The notes below the pieces were generated by a model. That model was not told where the DNA came from, made no database searches, and saw only the letters and a list, made by a program, of their open reading frames with translations. This document shows positions 16,721 through 25,399 of a stretch of DNA of 26,840 bases, piece after piece; within the stretch, counting starts at the first letter, position 1, and each line of letters opens with the position of its first letter. Source of the DNA: a virus. Its lineage: Duplodnaviria; Caudoviricetes. Where the stretch lies: positions 1 through 26,840 of IMG/VR virus record IMGVR_UViG_3300011439_000041; one strand, given 5' to 3'. The position numbers and the translations under genes were made by a program.

Positions 16721-19700
16721 TTATGGCACCTTGGCGCGTTTCGGCGGCAGTACCTCGACGTCGAGAACGCGGTCGATGACCCTTCCGTATAGGTTGCCCT
16801 CGCCGTGGTCACGAATCACGCGGAACCGGTGCCCGTCAGCGATCATCAACTCGGCCTCGTACTCGTAGCCCGAGAGCTGGACGGCCCGCGTGCCCTTCGG
16901 GAATATGAAGCGCATCAGTACACGTTCGGCGAAAGTCTCCGCCTGGGTGCGATCGACTGAGGTGCTGAAGAAGGCCGGGTCACTCCACTCGGCGCCAGTC
17001 AGGTCAGTCGGCCACGTCGCGCGAGGCCCGAAAACGCTCTCGCCGGTCTTGACCCCGCGCCAAACTACGACGTCTTCTGCGAGCCGAGACTTGCGGATGG
17101 CGGCCCGCATGTTATCGATCCACTTGCGGACATAGGTTTTGTTATATTGATTGTCCCCGCGCAATAGGCCGTTGATTGGCACGAAACCATCGTCTCGGTA
17201 TTCCCGGAATGTTGCGATGATGTCGTTGCGCCTCGCGGGGTTTGGGAATGCAGGATCAAACCCTTCGGGGCCAGCGCCGAACTCATGGAGTCGCAGCGGT
17301 ATCTGGTCGAGGCCGTCCTGATTCGTCTTCGCGACACCGAGCTTTGTGTCGTATGTGGTCCGTGCGCGCTGAATGCCCGCCGACACTTTCGGCTGAGCGA
17401 ACTCGCGCTTAAGCTCGGCGATGATGTCGGCCCGCCGGGCGATGAGCGTCCCGGCTACCGACGTCGGCATCCCATTCTGCCGAACGATGGCCCGGATCTT
17501 CGCGGGCGTAATCGCCTTGACCCGAGCGACCGACGCGGTGAGTTCGGTCTTCGACATCCCCGCAAAGACAGGCGCCGCGTGATTGCTGCGCACCTTGTCG
17601 CGCAGCGTCTTCCACTCCGATACCGTCGAGGTGAACCCGCCGGCCTTCGGCAGTCCCACGCCGCCGCGATACAGCAGCGACCCGCCAACGTCGATGCGCA
17701 CCGGCTTGCCCGCGACGGTTACGACGTTGGAATACCCGTCGCCCATGACGTCCCAGTTCGCGAGCCAGGCATCGACAGCGAACCCGTCACGAAGCTTGAG
17801 CTTCCCGGCGGAGTTAGTAATGTCGAACGGCGTCGATCCCGGCGCTATCCGCGAGGCGAGCAGGGTGTCGCCAGTCAGGCCGCGGGCGCCTTTGCCGAGG
17901 ATGACCTCGGGCACGTCGATGCCGGCCGCGCGATAGAACGCCAGTGCCGTCAGTTCGTTGTGGGCGTGATCGGCGTCGAGTTGCTTGACGTACCACTCCG
18001 AACCGTCCGCGGCGCGGACGCGCCCGCCCGGGTTCGTGCCCGCGCTGGCTTTGCCCTGCCGAGTCATGACCGAGAAGTCGCCCGATCGGATCGCCGCGGC
18101 CGGGTCAATCTTGAGTGCGGCCTTCTTGGCAACCTTCCTGGCTGGCTTCGGGGGGCTCAGGGCTTTGACTAGATCTGCCTTGAGCATCTTGGAATAGCCT
18201 ACGATTCCGCGCTGCTTGGCAAGTGCCTTCAACTGGGCGACCGTCATCCTGGCTAGATCAAGCGCCTCAGCGGCCGAGGTAGCGGTGATGCCGACCCGTC
18301 GGCCGCCCTTGCGGTACTCGGCCTCGAGCAGATCGAAGATCTCGCGCGACAGGCGGGACGCCGCTGGGCCGTTGATCAGTACGTCGGTGAAGGCTTCCGC
18401 GACGAGCTCCCGGTGATTCTTCAGGCCGTAGCCTGAAACCTCACGCATGGTCAGGCCGGCCGCGCCCATGCCTGCGGCGAAGTCCTCGTGCGGGATCGGC
18501 TTGCCCGCCGCCCGCAACGCGTCGAGGCGCAGGTCGCGCTCGGTCGCACGACGGAAGATGAGCGCCGTCAGGTCGGTACGGATGGCCTCAGACAAAGTCG
18601 ACATGTCGAGGACGTGGCCGAACTCGTGCACCGCGACAGCGACCGGGCTCGCCGTGCCCCTGACGTGGAAACTCGCGGCGACGTCGTTGGCGAGCGAGTC
18701 AACGTACTTCTGACGGTTGCGCGTCCACCGGTCGTTGAACAGAACTCGCCCGCCAGACGGGACGTGCGGCGCGACCGCGGTGGCCGGCATGGCATGCCAG
18801 GTATCCGCGTGCGCATAGGCCGAATCAGCGCCACGCAGAACGCTCTTCAGGTTGACGTCGGGAAACCGCTCAATGCCCCGCAGCAGCCCCTCGGCATGCT
18901 CGCGCGCAGTGACTAAGGAGCCGTGAAACTCGACGTCGCTGAGTCTGCGACCAGTGATGCGCAAGAACTCGTCGCGGAATACGTCGCTCACCGAGTTCAG
19001 CGTTCGGGCCGCCTCGAGCGCCGGACGCACCGACACCGACACGGCGACGGCGGGGATGCCCGAGCCCGCCGGGCCTGCCGCGCTTGCGACGCGGACCCAG
19101 TTGCCGCCCTGCGGCGTGCCGATCGACGTCGCACCGGTGACTGGGAGCATCGGCGGTTCGAGTAGGTAGCCGTTGCGGTAAAGCAGGATCAGGGCCGCGT
19201 CGCGGTTGTTGTCGGCTAGGCGGTAGATCTCGTCGACGGACAGGCGTTGCGCCCGCTTGCCCTTCGCCGCGCCGAGCCGCATACCGGCGAGGCCGCGGCG
19301 CGTGGCGCCCTCGGTCGTCGTGCGACGCCCGCCCGCGACGTTCATGCCGCGGCGGGCGTTGACGATCTGATCGAGGTCGGCACCGTCGGCGATCGCCCTC
19401 CGGGCGGCGATGGTGAAGCCCGCCCGGGCGCGCTCGGCGTCGGTCATCCGGTCGTAGATCGTGCGCGGGTCCTGTACCAGCCGACCGGCCTTCGCGATGG
19501 CGGTCGGGAGGTGCACGCAGTCGCACATCGGATGCCGCGCGAACCCGTCGTTCCATTCGTACCTACGGCCCGCCAGCAGCAGGCAGCGTGCGCACGACTT
19601 GCCAACCGCGACCCGCACGTAGCCGGTGCCGCCGGGATGCGCGGTCAGGGCGACCTGATCGGCGAGGCGGCCGGCGTCGGCGACCTGAGTGCGCGCCAGC

Positions 19701-20113
19701 ATCTCGAGGTTGGCGCGGCCCATGCCCATCGCCCGGGCGACGTCGAGGCCGTCCGAGATGGCGAGCAGCGTGACGATCGCCGGATTCGACAGCAGCGACG
19801 CCAGACCACGCCCGTCGGACGCCTGCCCCGCGAAGCTTGCCGGGTCGATCGCCGAGACGGCCTCGTCGTCGAGGTCCTGCGCGTCGAGCGCCGCGGCCAC
19901 GTAGCGATCCGCCGGGCGGGCCGCCGCGAGCTGCGCGCCCGACACGAGCGCGGTCGCCTCGGGGATGAGCTTGGCCCACGACGCCGCGATGTCGTCCGGG
20001 TCGACCTCGGCCCACAGACCCGACATGGCCTGACCCGTCATCTCGACGAGCGCCTGCCGCTGGGCGTAGTGGGCGAGGGCGACGTTACGCGGCTGGGTTA
20101 CCGATGCCGGCAT
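16721..20113 (-). CDS. MuF-like minor head protein fused to zincin peptidase, HEH/Rho-N-like, kinase-like and VIP2-type ADP-ribosyltransferase domains
   Basis: Follows the portal. CARC...HPMCDC (MuF-like); HEFGH at aa 496-500 plus ELVAEAF; MTVAQLKALAKQRGIVGYSKMLKADLV; WYVK...HNE...DAWLANWD...N...IDVGGS; INGLLRG, VWRG, FSTS and E-A-E. Confidence 0.85.
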   Translation of the reverse strand: MPASVTQPRNVALAHYAQRQALVEMTGQAMSGLWAEVDPDDIAASWAKLIPEATALVSGAQLAAARPADRYVAAALDAQDLDDEAVSAIDPASFAGQASDGRGLASLLSNPAIVTLLAISDGLDVARAMGMGRANLEMLARTQVADAGRLADQVALTAHPGGTGYVRVAVGKSCARCLLLAGRRYEWNDGFARHPMCDCVHLPTAIAKAGRLVQDPRTIYDRMTDAERARAGFTIAARRAIADGADLDQIVNARRGMNVAGGRRTTTEGATRRGLAGMRLGAAKGKRAQRLSVDEIYRLADNNRDAALILLYRNGYLLEPPMLPVTGATSIGTPQGGNWVRVASAAGPAGSGIPAVAVSVSVRPALEAARTLNSVSDVFRDEFLRITGRRLSDVEFHGSLVTAREHAEGLLRGIERFPDVNLKSVLRGADSAYAHADTWHAMPATAVAPHVPSGGRVLFNDRWTRNRQKYVDSLANDVAASFHVRGTASPVAVAVHEFGHVLDMSTLSEAIRTDLTALIFRRATERDLRLDALRAAGKPIPHEDFAAGMGAAGLTMREVSGYGLKNHRELVAEAFTDVLINGPAASRLSREIFDLLEAEYRKGGRRVGITATSAAEALDLARMTVAQLKALAKQRGIVGYSKMLKADLVKALSPPKPARKVAKKAALKIDPAAAIRSGDFSVMTRQGKASAGTNPGGRVRAADGSEWYVKQLDADHAHNELTALAFYRAAGIDVPEVILGKGARGLTGDTLLASRIAPGSTPFDITNSAGKLKLRDGFAVDAWLANWDVMGDGYSNVVTVAGKPVRIDVGGSLLYRGGVGLPKAGGFTSTVSEWKTLRDKVRSNHAAPVFAGMSKTELTASVARVKAITPAKIRAIVRQNGMPTSVAGTLIARRADIIAELKREFAQPKVSAGIQRARTTYDTKLGVAKTNQDGLDQIPLRLHEFGAGPEGFDPAFPNPARRNDIIATFREYRDDGFVPINGLLRGDNQYNKTYVRKWIDNMRAAIRKSRLAEDVVVWRGVKTGESVFGPRATWPTDLTGAEWSDPAFFSTSVDRTQAETFAERVLMRFIFPKGTRAVQLSGYEYEAELMIADGHRFRVIRDHGEGNLYGRVIDRVLDVEVLPPKRAKVP

Positions 20114-21527
20114 CAGTTACCGGCCGATCGGCGCCCGCGCGCGCGATGTCGAGAAGGCGGCCCGACGGCGACTTCTCGGCGTCCTTCTCGTCCTCCTCCT
20201 CCATGCGCTCGATCTGCGCGGAGGTGTAGCCGAGATCCTCGCGGGTCTGGCGCTTCGGCACGATGTTCGCGGTGAACTTCTTGACCGCGGCGTCGGCGGC
20301 CGCGGCGACGGTCGGCGTCGACGGGTCGCGCCAGATCGTCTCGAGGCGCTTCAGGTCGTCATCCCATGAGCCCGTCGCGACGCGCATCGCCTTGCGCATG
20401 GCGCGCTCCCACGATCCGCCGAAGCCGCGTTGAATGCGCTCGCAGCGCTTGATCAGCCGCGTCTCGGCGACCCGGCCCGCCTCGGCTGACGCCGGGTTGT
20501 GCGTCGAGTGGCCGAGGTAGTCGGGCGGCACGGCACCGACGGCGGAGAGCATCTGCGAGAGTTCCTTGATGCCGGCGCCGAAATTCTGCAACTGGGCGGC
20601 GGCGAACTCGAACGCCTTCACGTTCTCGTCGGGGATGGTCAGCATCTTGCCCATGACCGCGTCGAGGATCGCCTGCGAGTTGCCGTCCTTGTCCTTAAAG
20701 GAGTCCGCCCCGACACCGAAGAGCGCGCGCAGCGGGATCGCCACGAACTCGGCGGCGACCATCATGTCGGTCGCGAGCTTGTCGACGGCGTTCACGAGCG
20801 GAATGACCGCGTCGAGCTCACTGCGGCCGAGGCGCTCGACGGTCAGGTTCGTCGGCGTAACCGAGGCGGAGCGCAGCCGTTGCCGGTTGACGAGCGGCTC
20901 GACGAGCACCTCGCCGACGTTGTGCCGGTCGCGGGCGATGGGCTTCCACCCGCCGCCCACCTCCTCGCACCAGATCGTCTCGTTCGGCAGGTAGAGCGTC
21001 GCGAAGCGCTGTCCCACGCCGCCCGCCGGGTCGACCTCCATGACCCGCCGCAGGGCCGAGCGCACCCGTCGCCGCCGCGGATCGATGTCGGCGTAGATCT
21101 CGAGTGGCGACTCGACCGTGATCAGCGGCGTGTCGCGGTCCTCTTCGTTGGACCCGATGCAGATGTAGGAGCGCCGCATCACCAGCGCGTCGACGTGCGC
21201 CATCGACGACCCCTCGTCGAGGTCGTTCGCCTGCCAGATCCGCCACAGCTCATCGTCGGCGTCAGACTCATCGGGCAGCCGGAAGCCCTCGACGTCGAGG
21301 CGCTCATCGCGGCTGCCGACGATGAGCTGCGGCCAGAAGACGATGACCGGCCGGATGCGGTCGCCGACCCGGGCGAGGATCTCGGGCTGCATGTACGTGA
21401 AAGGCTGGGTGCCCTCGTAGTAGCGGTCGTACGCCTCGAGTTCGGGCAGTTCGGCGTCGTGGCGCATCTCGAGCTGCTTGATGGTGCGCATCTCGTCGTC
21501 GCTGAGTGCACTGAGGGGAAGCGTCAC
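20085..21527 (-). CDS. Portal protein (SPP1 gp6-like)
   Basis: 480 aa after the terminase; YDRYYEG, LWRIWQANDLD, GRSEL, NPASAEA and IWRDP. Confidence 0.92.
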   Translation of the reverse strand: MTLPLSALSDDEMRTIKQLEMRHDAELPELEAYDRYYEGTQPFTYMQPEILARVGDRIRPVIVFWPQLIVGSRDERLDVEGFRLPDESDADDELWRIWQANDLDEGSSMAHVDALVMRRSYICIGSNEEDRDTPLITVESPLEIYADIDPRRRRVRSALRRVMEVDPAGGVGQRFATLYLPNETIWCEEVGGGWKPIARDRHNVGEVLVEPLVNRQRLRSASVTPTNLTVERLGRSELDAVIPLVNAVDKLATDMMVAAEFVAIPLRALFGVGADSFKDKDGNSQAILDAVMGKMLTIPDENVKAFEFAAAQLQNFGAGIKELSQMLSAVGAVPPDYLGHSTHNPASAEAGRVAETRLIKRCERIQRGFGGSWERAMRKAMRVATGSWDDDLKRLETIWRDPSTPTVAAAADAAVKKFTANIVPKRQTREDLGYTSAQIERMEEEDEKDAEKSPSGRLLDIARAGADRPVTDAGIGNPAA

Positions 21528-21540
21528 CGGTCGGCCTCCC

Positions 21541-23286
21541 CTAGAAACTGTGCACGGTCACTATTCGCGACTTGGGCATTGGTCGTCGTAGGTAGCCATC
21601 GAGGCCGGTACAAGCGGCGGCGATGCCGTCGATACGAGCCTGCGAAGTGCCGCGGTCGGGCTTGACGAGTCGCAGGTTGTCGTTGCCGTCGCTCTTGGAC
21701 TCGACAACGCTAGCCATCCAGCGAGTAACGGGATCGCCGCCATGGCGCAGGCGTCCGGGCGGCATGTCGGGCTGATTGGTACCGAGTAGGCGAAGCAGTT
21801 CCTTGATCGCTGGCGAGTGACCAAGATAGGTCTGCGCGACGGGCACAACATCGACCCCACGCAGGGCGGTATCGATCTCCTGCACCATCTGGCCGGCGAA
21901 CATCCGGTCGTAGGAGATTCGTTGCATGTCGAGCAGTTGGCAATCCTCAAGGGCCTTGTCGCGCACCGCGGCGTAATCGATGACGTCGCCCTCGGTGGCA
22001 GTGATCCAGCCCTCGCCAACCCATCGGGACAGCGGCACCTGCAGGTGCTTCTCGAGTCCGTCGAGGCGCTCCTCTGGCACCCAATAGCGCCAGATCACCT
22101 CGACCTCAACGCCCTCGGCAGGGGACTCGACGATCATGCACCACGACGTCAGGTCCGACACTGCGGAGAGGTCGAAGCCACCCCACGCCCGGCGACCCTT
22201 AAGCCGCGTCAGGTCGACGATACCGCCCGCATCGTCCCACCGATTGAGGTCGATGAGGCGGGTCGCGGCCCTGATGCGCCGATTCAGGCTGAGCCGGCAG
22301 TACGTCGGGAAGTAGCTGGGCGTGCTCTTCGCCTTGCTGGCCTCCTTGCGGAGGTACGACAGTGTCGGACTGATGCCGAGGCCGGGGTTGGCCTTACGCA
22401 TGGTCGCCTCGGCGAAGGGGTCGTCGGTGTCCTCGGCTGCCCAGACGACGCCATAATGCGTCGGGTCGTCGAGGATGTTGTTGGCAACTTTGCGGGTGTA
22501 GTTGTGCTTCTCGTCATAGATGGTGCCCTCGGCTGCCTCGTCAGCAGTGGTGATGAAGACGACGAGCGGCTGCGACCGGGAGCCCGTGCCGGTTTCTATG
22601 GCATCGATGAGATGTCGGCTCTTGTGGACGTGCACCTCATCGACGAGTGCACCCGACACGTTCAGCCCGTGCGCGGCCTCGGCGATGCGTGACAGGACCC
22701 GGAAGATACCGCCAGTGCGCGGGACCTTCATCACTTCGGCGAGGATCTCGACGCGACCTCGGGCCTTCGTCGAGGTAAGGATCATCTTCTTCGCGTCCTC
22801 GAAGACGCGGCCGGCCTGCAGCTTGGACCCAGCCGCGGCGTAGACCTCGGCCCCGGTCTCTCCATCGGCCATGAGCAGAACGTTGCCGAGTCCGGCCGAT
22901 AGAGTGCTCTTACCGTTCTTTCGGGGGATCTCTATCCACGCGGTGCGAATGACGCGGACGATCTCGCCGACCTCGTCGTCGAATCGGACCCACCCGAAGA
23001 TGGGGGCGATGATCCAGACGACCTGCCACGGGGCGAGCCCCTGCCCGAGTCGAAGCGGCATGCGAGCCCACCGGCCGGTGGTGTGCCGGAAGGCGGCGAG
23101 CGCCGCTAGGGCTTTCTTGACCCGAGCGACGTCGAAGTAGGCGCCCTCGGCGCGGTCCGCCTGAAACGCGACGACAAGGGGGCGCGCCTGGCGGGCCTCT
23201 TCGATCTGCTCGGCCGTCATTCCGAGCTCAATCAGTGCCTCGGCCGGCACCGGGAGGTCAGTCGAAGGGATCGTCTCCATCGTCAT
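21541..23286 (-). CDS. terL: Terminase large subunit
   Basis: Walker A IPRKNGKS, Walker B LVDEVH, ITTA coupling motif, KANPGLG, nuclease GGFDLS and RIDG. The start could be 23280. Confidence 0.95.
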   Translation of the reverse strand: MTMETIPSTDLPVPAEALIELGMTAEQIEEARQARPLVVAFQADRAEGAYFDVARVKKALAALAAFRHTTGRWARMPLRLGQGLAPWQVVWIIAPIFGWVRFDDEVGEIVRVIRTAWIEIPRKNGKSTLSAGLGNVLLMADGETGAEVYAAAGSKLQAGRVFEDAKKMILTSTKARGRVEILAEVMKVPRTGGIFRVLSRIAEAAHGLNVSGALVDEVHVHKSRHLIDAIETGTGSRSQPLVVFITTADEAAEGTIYDEKHNYTRKVANNILDDPTHYGVVWAAEDTDDPFAEATMRKANPGLGISPTLSYLRKEASKAKSTPSYFPTYCRLSLNRRIRAATRLIDLNRWDDAGGIVDLTRLKGRRAWGGFDLSAVSDLTSWCMIVESPAEGVEVEVIWRYWVPEERLDGLEKHLQVPLSRWVGEGWITATEGDVIDYAAVRDKALEDCQLLDMQRISYDRMFAGQMVQEIDTALRGVDVVPVAQTYLGHSPAIKELLRLLGTNQPDMPPGRLRHGGDPVTRWMASVVESKSDGNDNLRLVKPDRGTSQARIDGIAAACTGLDGYLRRPMPKSRIVTVHSF

Positions 23287-23758
23287 CGTCGCCCCTCGGT
23301 GGGCTCATCCGCCCACGAGCCGACGGCGACAGGCCAAGCTCCCCGATGTACGCCTTGAGCTGGGTTCGGTACTGCCCCGCGACCGTCGTGGCGCCATTCT
23401 TCTGCCAGCCACGCTCGCCCTCGATGAGCATGCCGCGACGCGAGATGTCCCGCTCGCACTCGTCGATCCGGGCGACGCAGATGCAGTAGTCAGCGAGGAT
23501 CGTCGCGTCGACGGCACCGAGCCCCGCGGTGTGCTCGAGCACCGGCACCACTCGCCGCCACTCGCGGCGGGCGACATCCCGGGCGCGACGGTTGACGGAC
23601 TGCTGCGCCTTGTCGCGAACGGCTGGCCAGATGTCGAGCCACTCGGGCTCGACAAGTTCGGCCGGGGGAATCTTGACGCCCTCTCTGACGGGTCGATGAC
23701 CCGGATTGCCCTCACGGACTACCTGCAGATATGGCTTCTTGCGTACGGGGTCAGCCAT
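23258..23758 (-). CDS. terS: Terminase small subunit (P27 family)
   Basis: Likely start ATG 23758; EGNPGHRP, ARREWRRVVP, LADYC and ELGLSPSAR. Confidence 0.9.
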   Translation of the reverse strand: MADPVRKKPYLQVVREGNPGHRPVREGVKIPPAELVEPEWLDIWPAVRDKAQQSVNRRARDVARREWRRVVPVLEHTAGLGAVDATILADYCICVARIDECERDISRRGMLIEGERGWQKNGATTVAGQYRTQLKAYIGELGLSPSARGRMSPPRGDDDDGDDPFD

Positions 23759-23765
23759 CGCACAC

Positions 23766-24327
23766 CTACCCGATGACGGCGAGCTGCTCGCCGCCGCCCC
23801 GGTTGTTCCGGCTTGCATTGCATGACAGGTGGGCCAGCCGCACATTAGCCCTCGTATGGCTCGTGCCCGACTCACTGAGCGGAATCACGTGATCCAACGA
23901 TGCGGAGCGCGGATGCGGGTGGACCAAATGCCGATTCACGCGGCCGCGGCAAATCTGACAGACCCAACGGTCACGCTCAAAGATCTCGACAGCCGCGAAA
24001 ATCTCGACATCGATTGTCCGGAAGAGCGCCCTGGGCGCCGCCGTGCGTCCGGCGCCCAGCGTCGGCGCGCTGCCCGCTTCTCGCAGACCCGGCCGCAATA
24101 CTTCCGTTTCCGTGACGCACTGAACGGCTGATCACATGACGCGCAGGTCTGGCTCGCGTTGCTAGCGGCCAAAGAGCTAAGCCGCTGGATCTCCCTAGCG
24201 CCGGCTCGACCATCCTCTCGGGCGCGTTCGTGTCCGGCGCGGGCGCGACAGGAACCAGAGCAACACCGTGCAAGCGACGGACGCGATGTCTCGAAGGCGC
24301 GCCGCCACACCACGCGCAATCCACCAT
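23766..24327 (-). pseudogene. Zn-finger + HNH endonuclease split over three reading frames
   Basis: MVDCAWCGG (frame of 24327), FETSR...CCSGSC...CASC...YCGRVC (frame of 24319) and IFERDRWVCQIC...SLDHVIPLS...H...NVRLAHLSCN (frame of 24098). Confidence 0.7.
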
Positions 24328-24331
24328 GATC

Positions 24332-24401
24332 GTCTCCCGGAAAGGCGAACGCCCCGAGCCGGGAGACTCGGGGCGTTCTACTCGCGGTAGCTAGCCGCGA
24401 G
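24332..24401 (-). promoter_or_regulatory. Structured leader: two hairpins plus a loop that can pair with the RBS
   Basis: 12-bp stem 24347-24358/24367-24378 whose 8-nt loop is complementary to 24333-24340; 7-bp stem at 24381-24401. Confidence 0.55.
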
Positions 24402-24469
24402 GTGACTGACAGTTACCAATATCGACGCACATCAAGATCGCGCAAAGTCAAACGGTTGCGGGTTCGCGA

Positions 24470-24525
24470 ATTACCCTCCCCGGCGGTCCTCCTCGGGTGC
24501 CGGGGGGAGGGGGGAGCCCCCACCT
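24470..24525 (-). other. Candidate cos / packaging initiation region
   Basis: Non-coding region after the packaging HNH and upstream of terS, with G/C runs and minus-strand CGCCGGGGA at 24477-24485. Confidence 0.4.
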
Positions 24526-24551
24526 GCGGTTATTCCGGTCACGTTGAGTGA

Positions 24552-24929
24552 TCATCGGGCAGCGTTCCAGCCTGCAGGTTGAGTGCGACTCGTTCGCTTA
24601 CTGTGACAACTGTGGCACTTGCCATGACCGTAGGCAGGGTCGTTGGGGTTCAGCCCGAGTGCGATGAGTTCTTTGCGGTCACGGGGATCGTGGTCCGCGT
24701 CGGTACTGATGGCGCCGCACGGTACCCCGTGCCCGTGCCCGTGCCCCTCGGCCCGACATACGCACAGCGGCTCCTTCAGTAGCACGGCCCGGCGGAACCG
24801 GCGCTCGTGCTCTGCGTCGTAGCCTCGCTGTCTCGCACTCGGTCGCTGCTCACGATGAGTCGAGCAGCGACCATGCGATGTGACCTCAGAGCACGCCGGA
24901 ACCGGACATGCCCTGGCTGCCCTAGGCAT
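24552..24929 (-). CDS. Packaging-associated HNH endonuclease (HK97 gp74-like)
   Basis: Likely start ATG 24929. MPRAARACPVPAC...CSTH, SARQRGYD, PLC...C, DADH and CHSCHSKRT; canonical position before the terminase. Confidence 0.85.
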   Translation of the reverse strand: MPRAARACPVPACSEVTSHGRCSTHREQRPSARQRGYDAEHERRFRRAVLLKEPLCVCRAEGHGHGHGVPCGAISTDADHDPRDRKELIALGLNPNDPAYGHGKCHSCHSKRTSRTQPAGWNAAR

Positions 24930-24933
24930 GGGA

Positions 24934-25326
24934 TCAGGCGACGGGCTCGGCCTCGGGGTCGGGCGCAGGAACGGGGGCGTCACTGCCGTCAGCGTCGCCG
25001 ACCTCGGTGTCGAGGGCCGACACGTCGGCGAGCGCAGCCGCGGCGGCCGCAGTGCTGGCGTCGAGGGTCGCCGCGAGCTGGTCGAGAGCGGCCTGCTCGT
25101 CGACGGTCGGGTCCTTTGCGGCCTCGAGGGCAGCGCGCACGTCGCTGGCGAGGTCGGAGAAGGCCGCGGCGAGCGCGGTGATGCCGGCGCCCTGCGCGTC
25201 GGCCTTCGCCTGCACGGCGGCGAGGTTGTCGAGAACGGTAGACATCTGGATCTCCAAACTACGCAAAGCGTTGAATATGCCCATGAGCACGCCGAACGGG
25301 TCTGGCGGTGCGCAGTCTCGAGCCAT
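24934..25326 (-). CDS. Ala/Asp-rich coiled-coil hypothetical protein (start uncertain: 25326 or 25284)
   Basis: Heptad-like helical sequence with an acidic Pro-rich tail; 4-nt gap to the HNH start. Confidence 0.65.
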   Translation of the reverse strand: MARDCAPPDPFGVLMGIFNALRSLEIQMSTVLDNLAAVQAKADAQGAGITALAAAFSDLASDVRAALEAAKDPTVDEQAALDQLAATLDASTAAAAAALADVSALDTEVGDADGSDAPVPAPDPEAEPVA

Positions 25327-25399
25327 CGCGACAACCCCCAGACATGCAAAGTGCCCGCAGCCGATCGGCTGGCGGGCACACTTCTCGTAAGTGAGCCGA

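Noticed and set aside
24332-24401. HEARO/omega-RNA or tRNA next to the HNH gene
   Set aside because: Too short, no cloverleaf, and the protein shows no RuvC motifs of the IscB type.
24402-24460. Possible sigma-70-type promoter (minus-strand TTGACT at 24446-24451)
   Set aside because: No TAnnnT element at 16-18 bp spacing.
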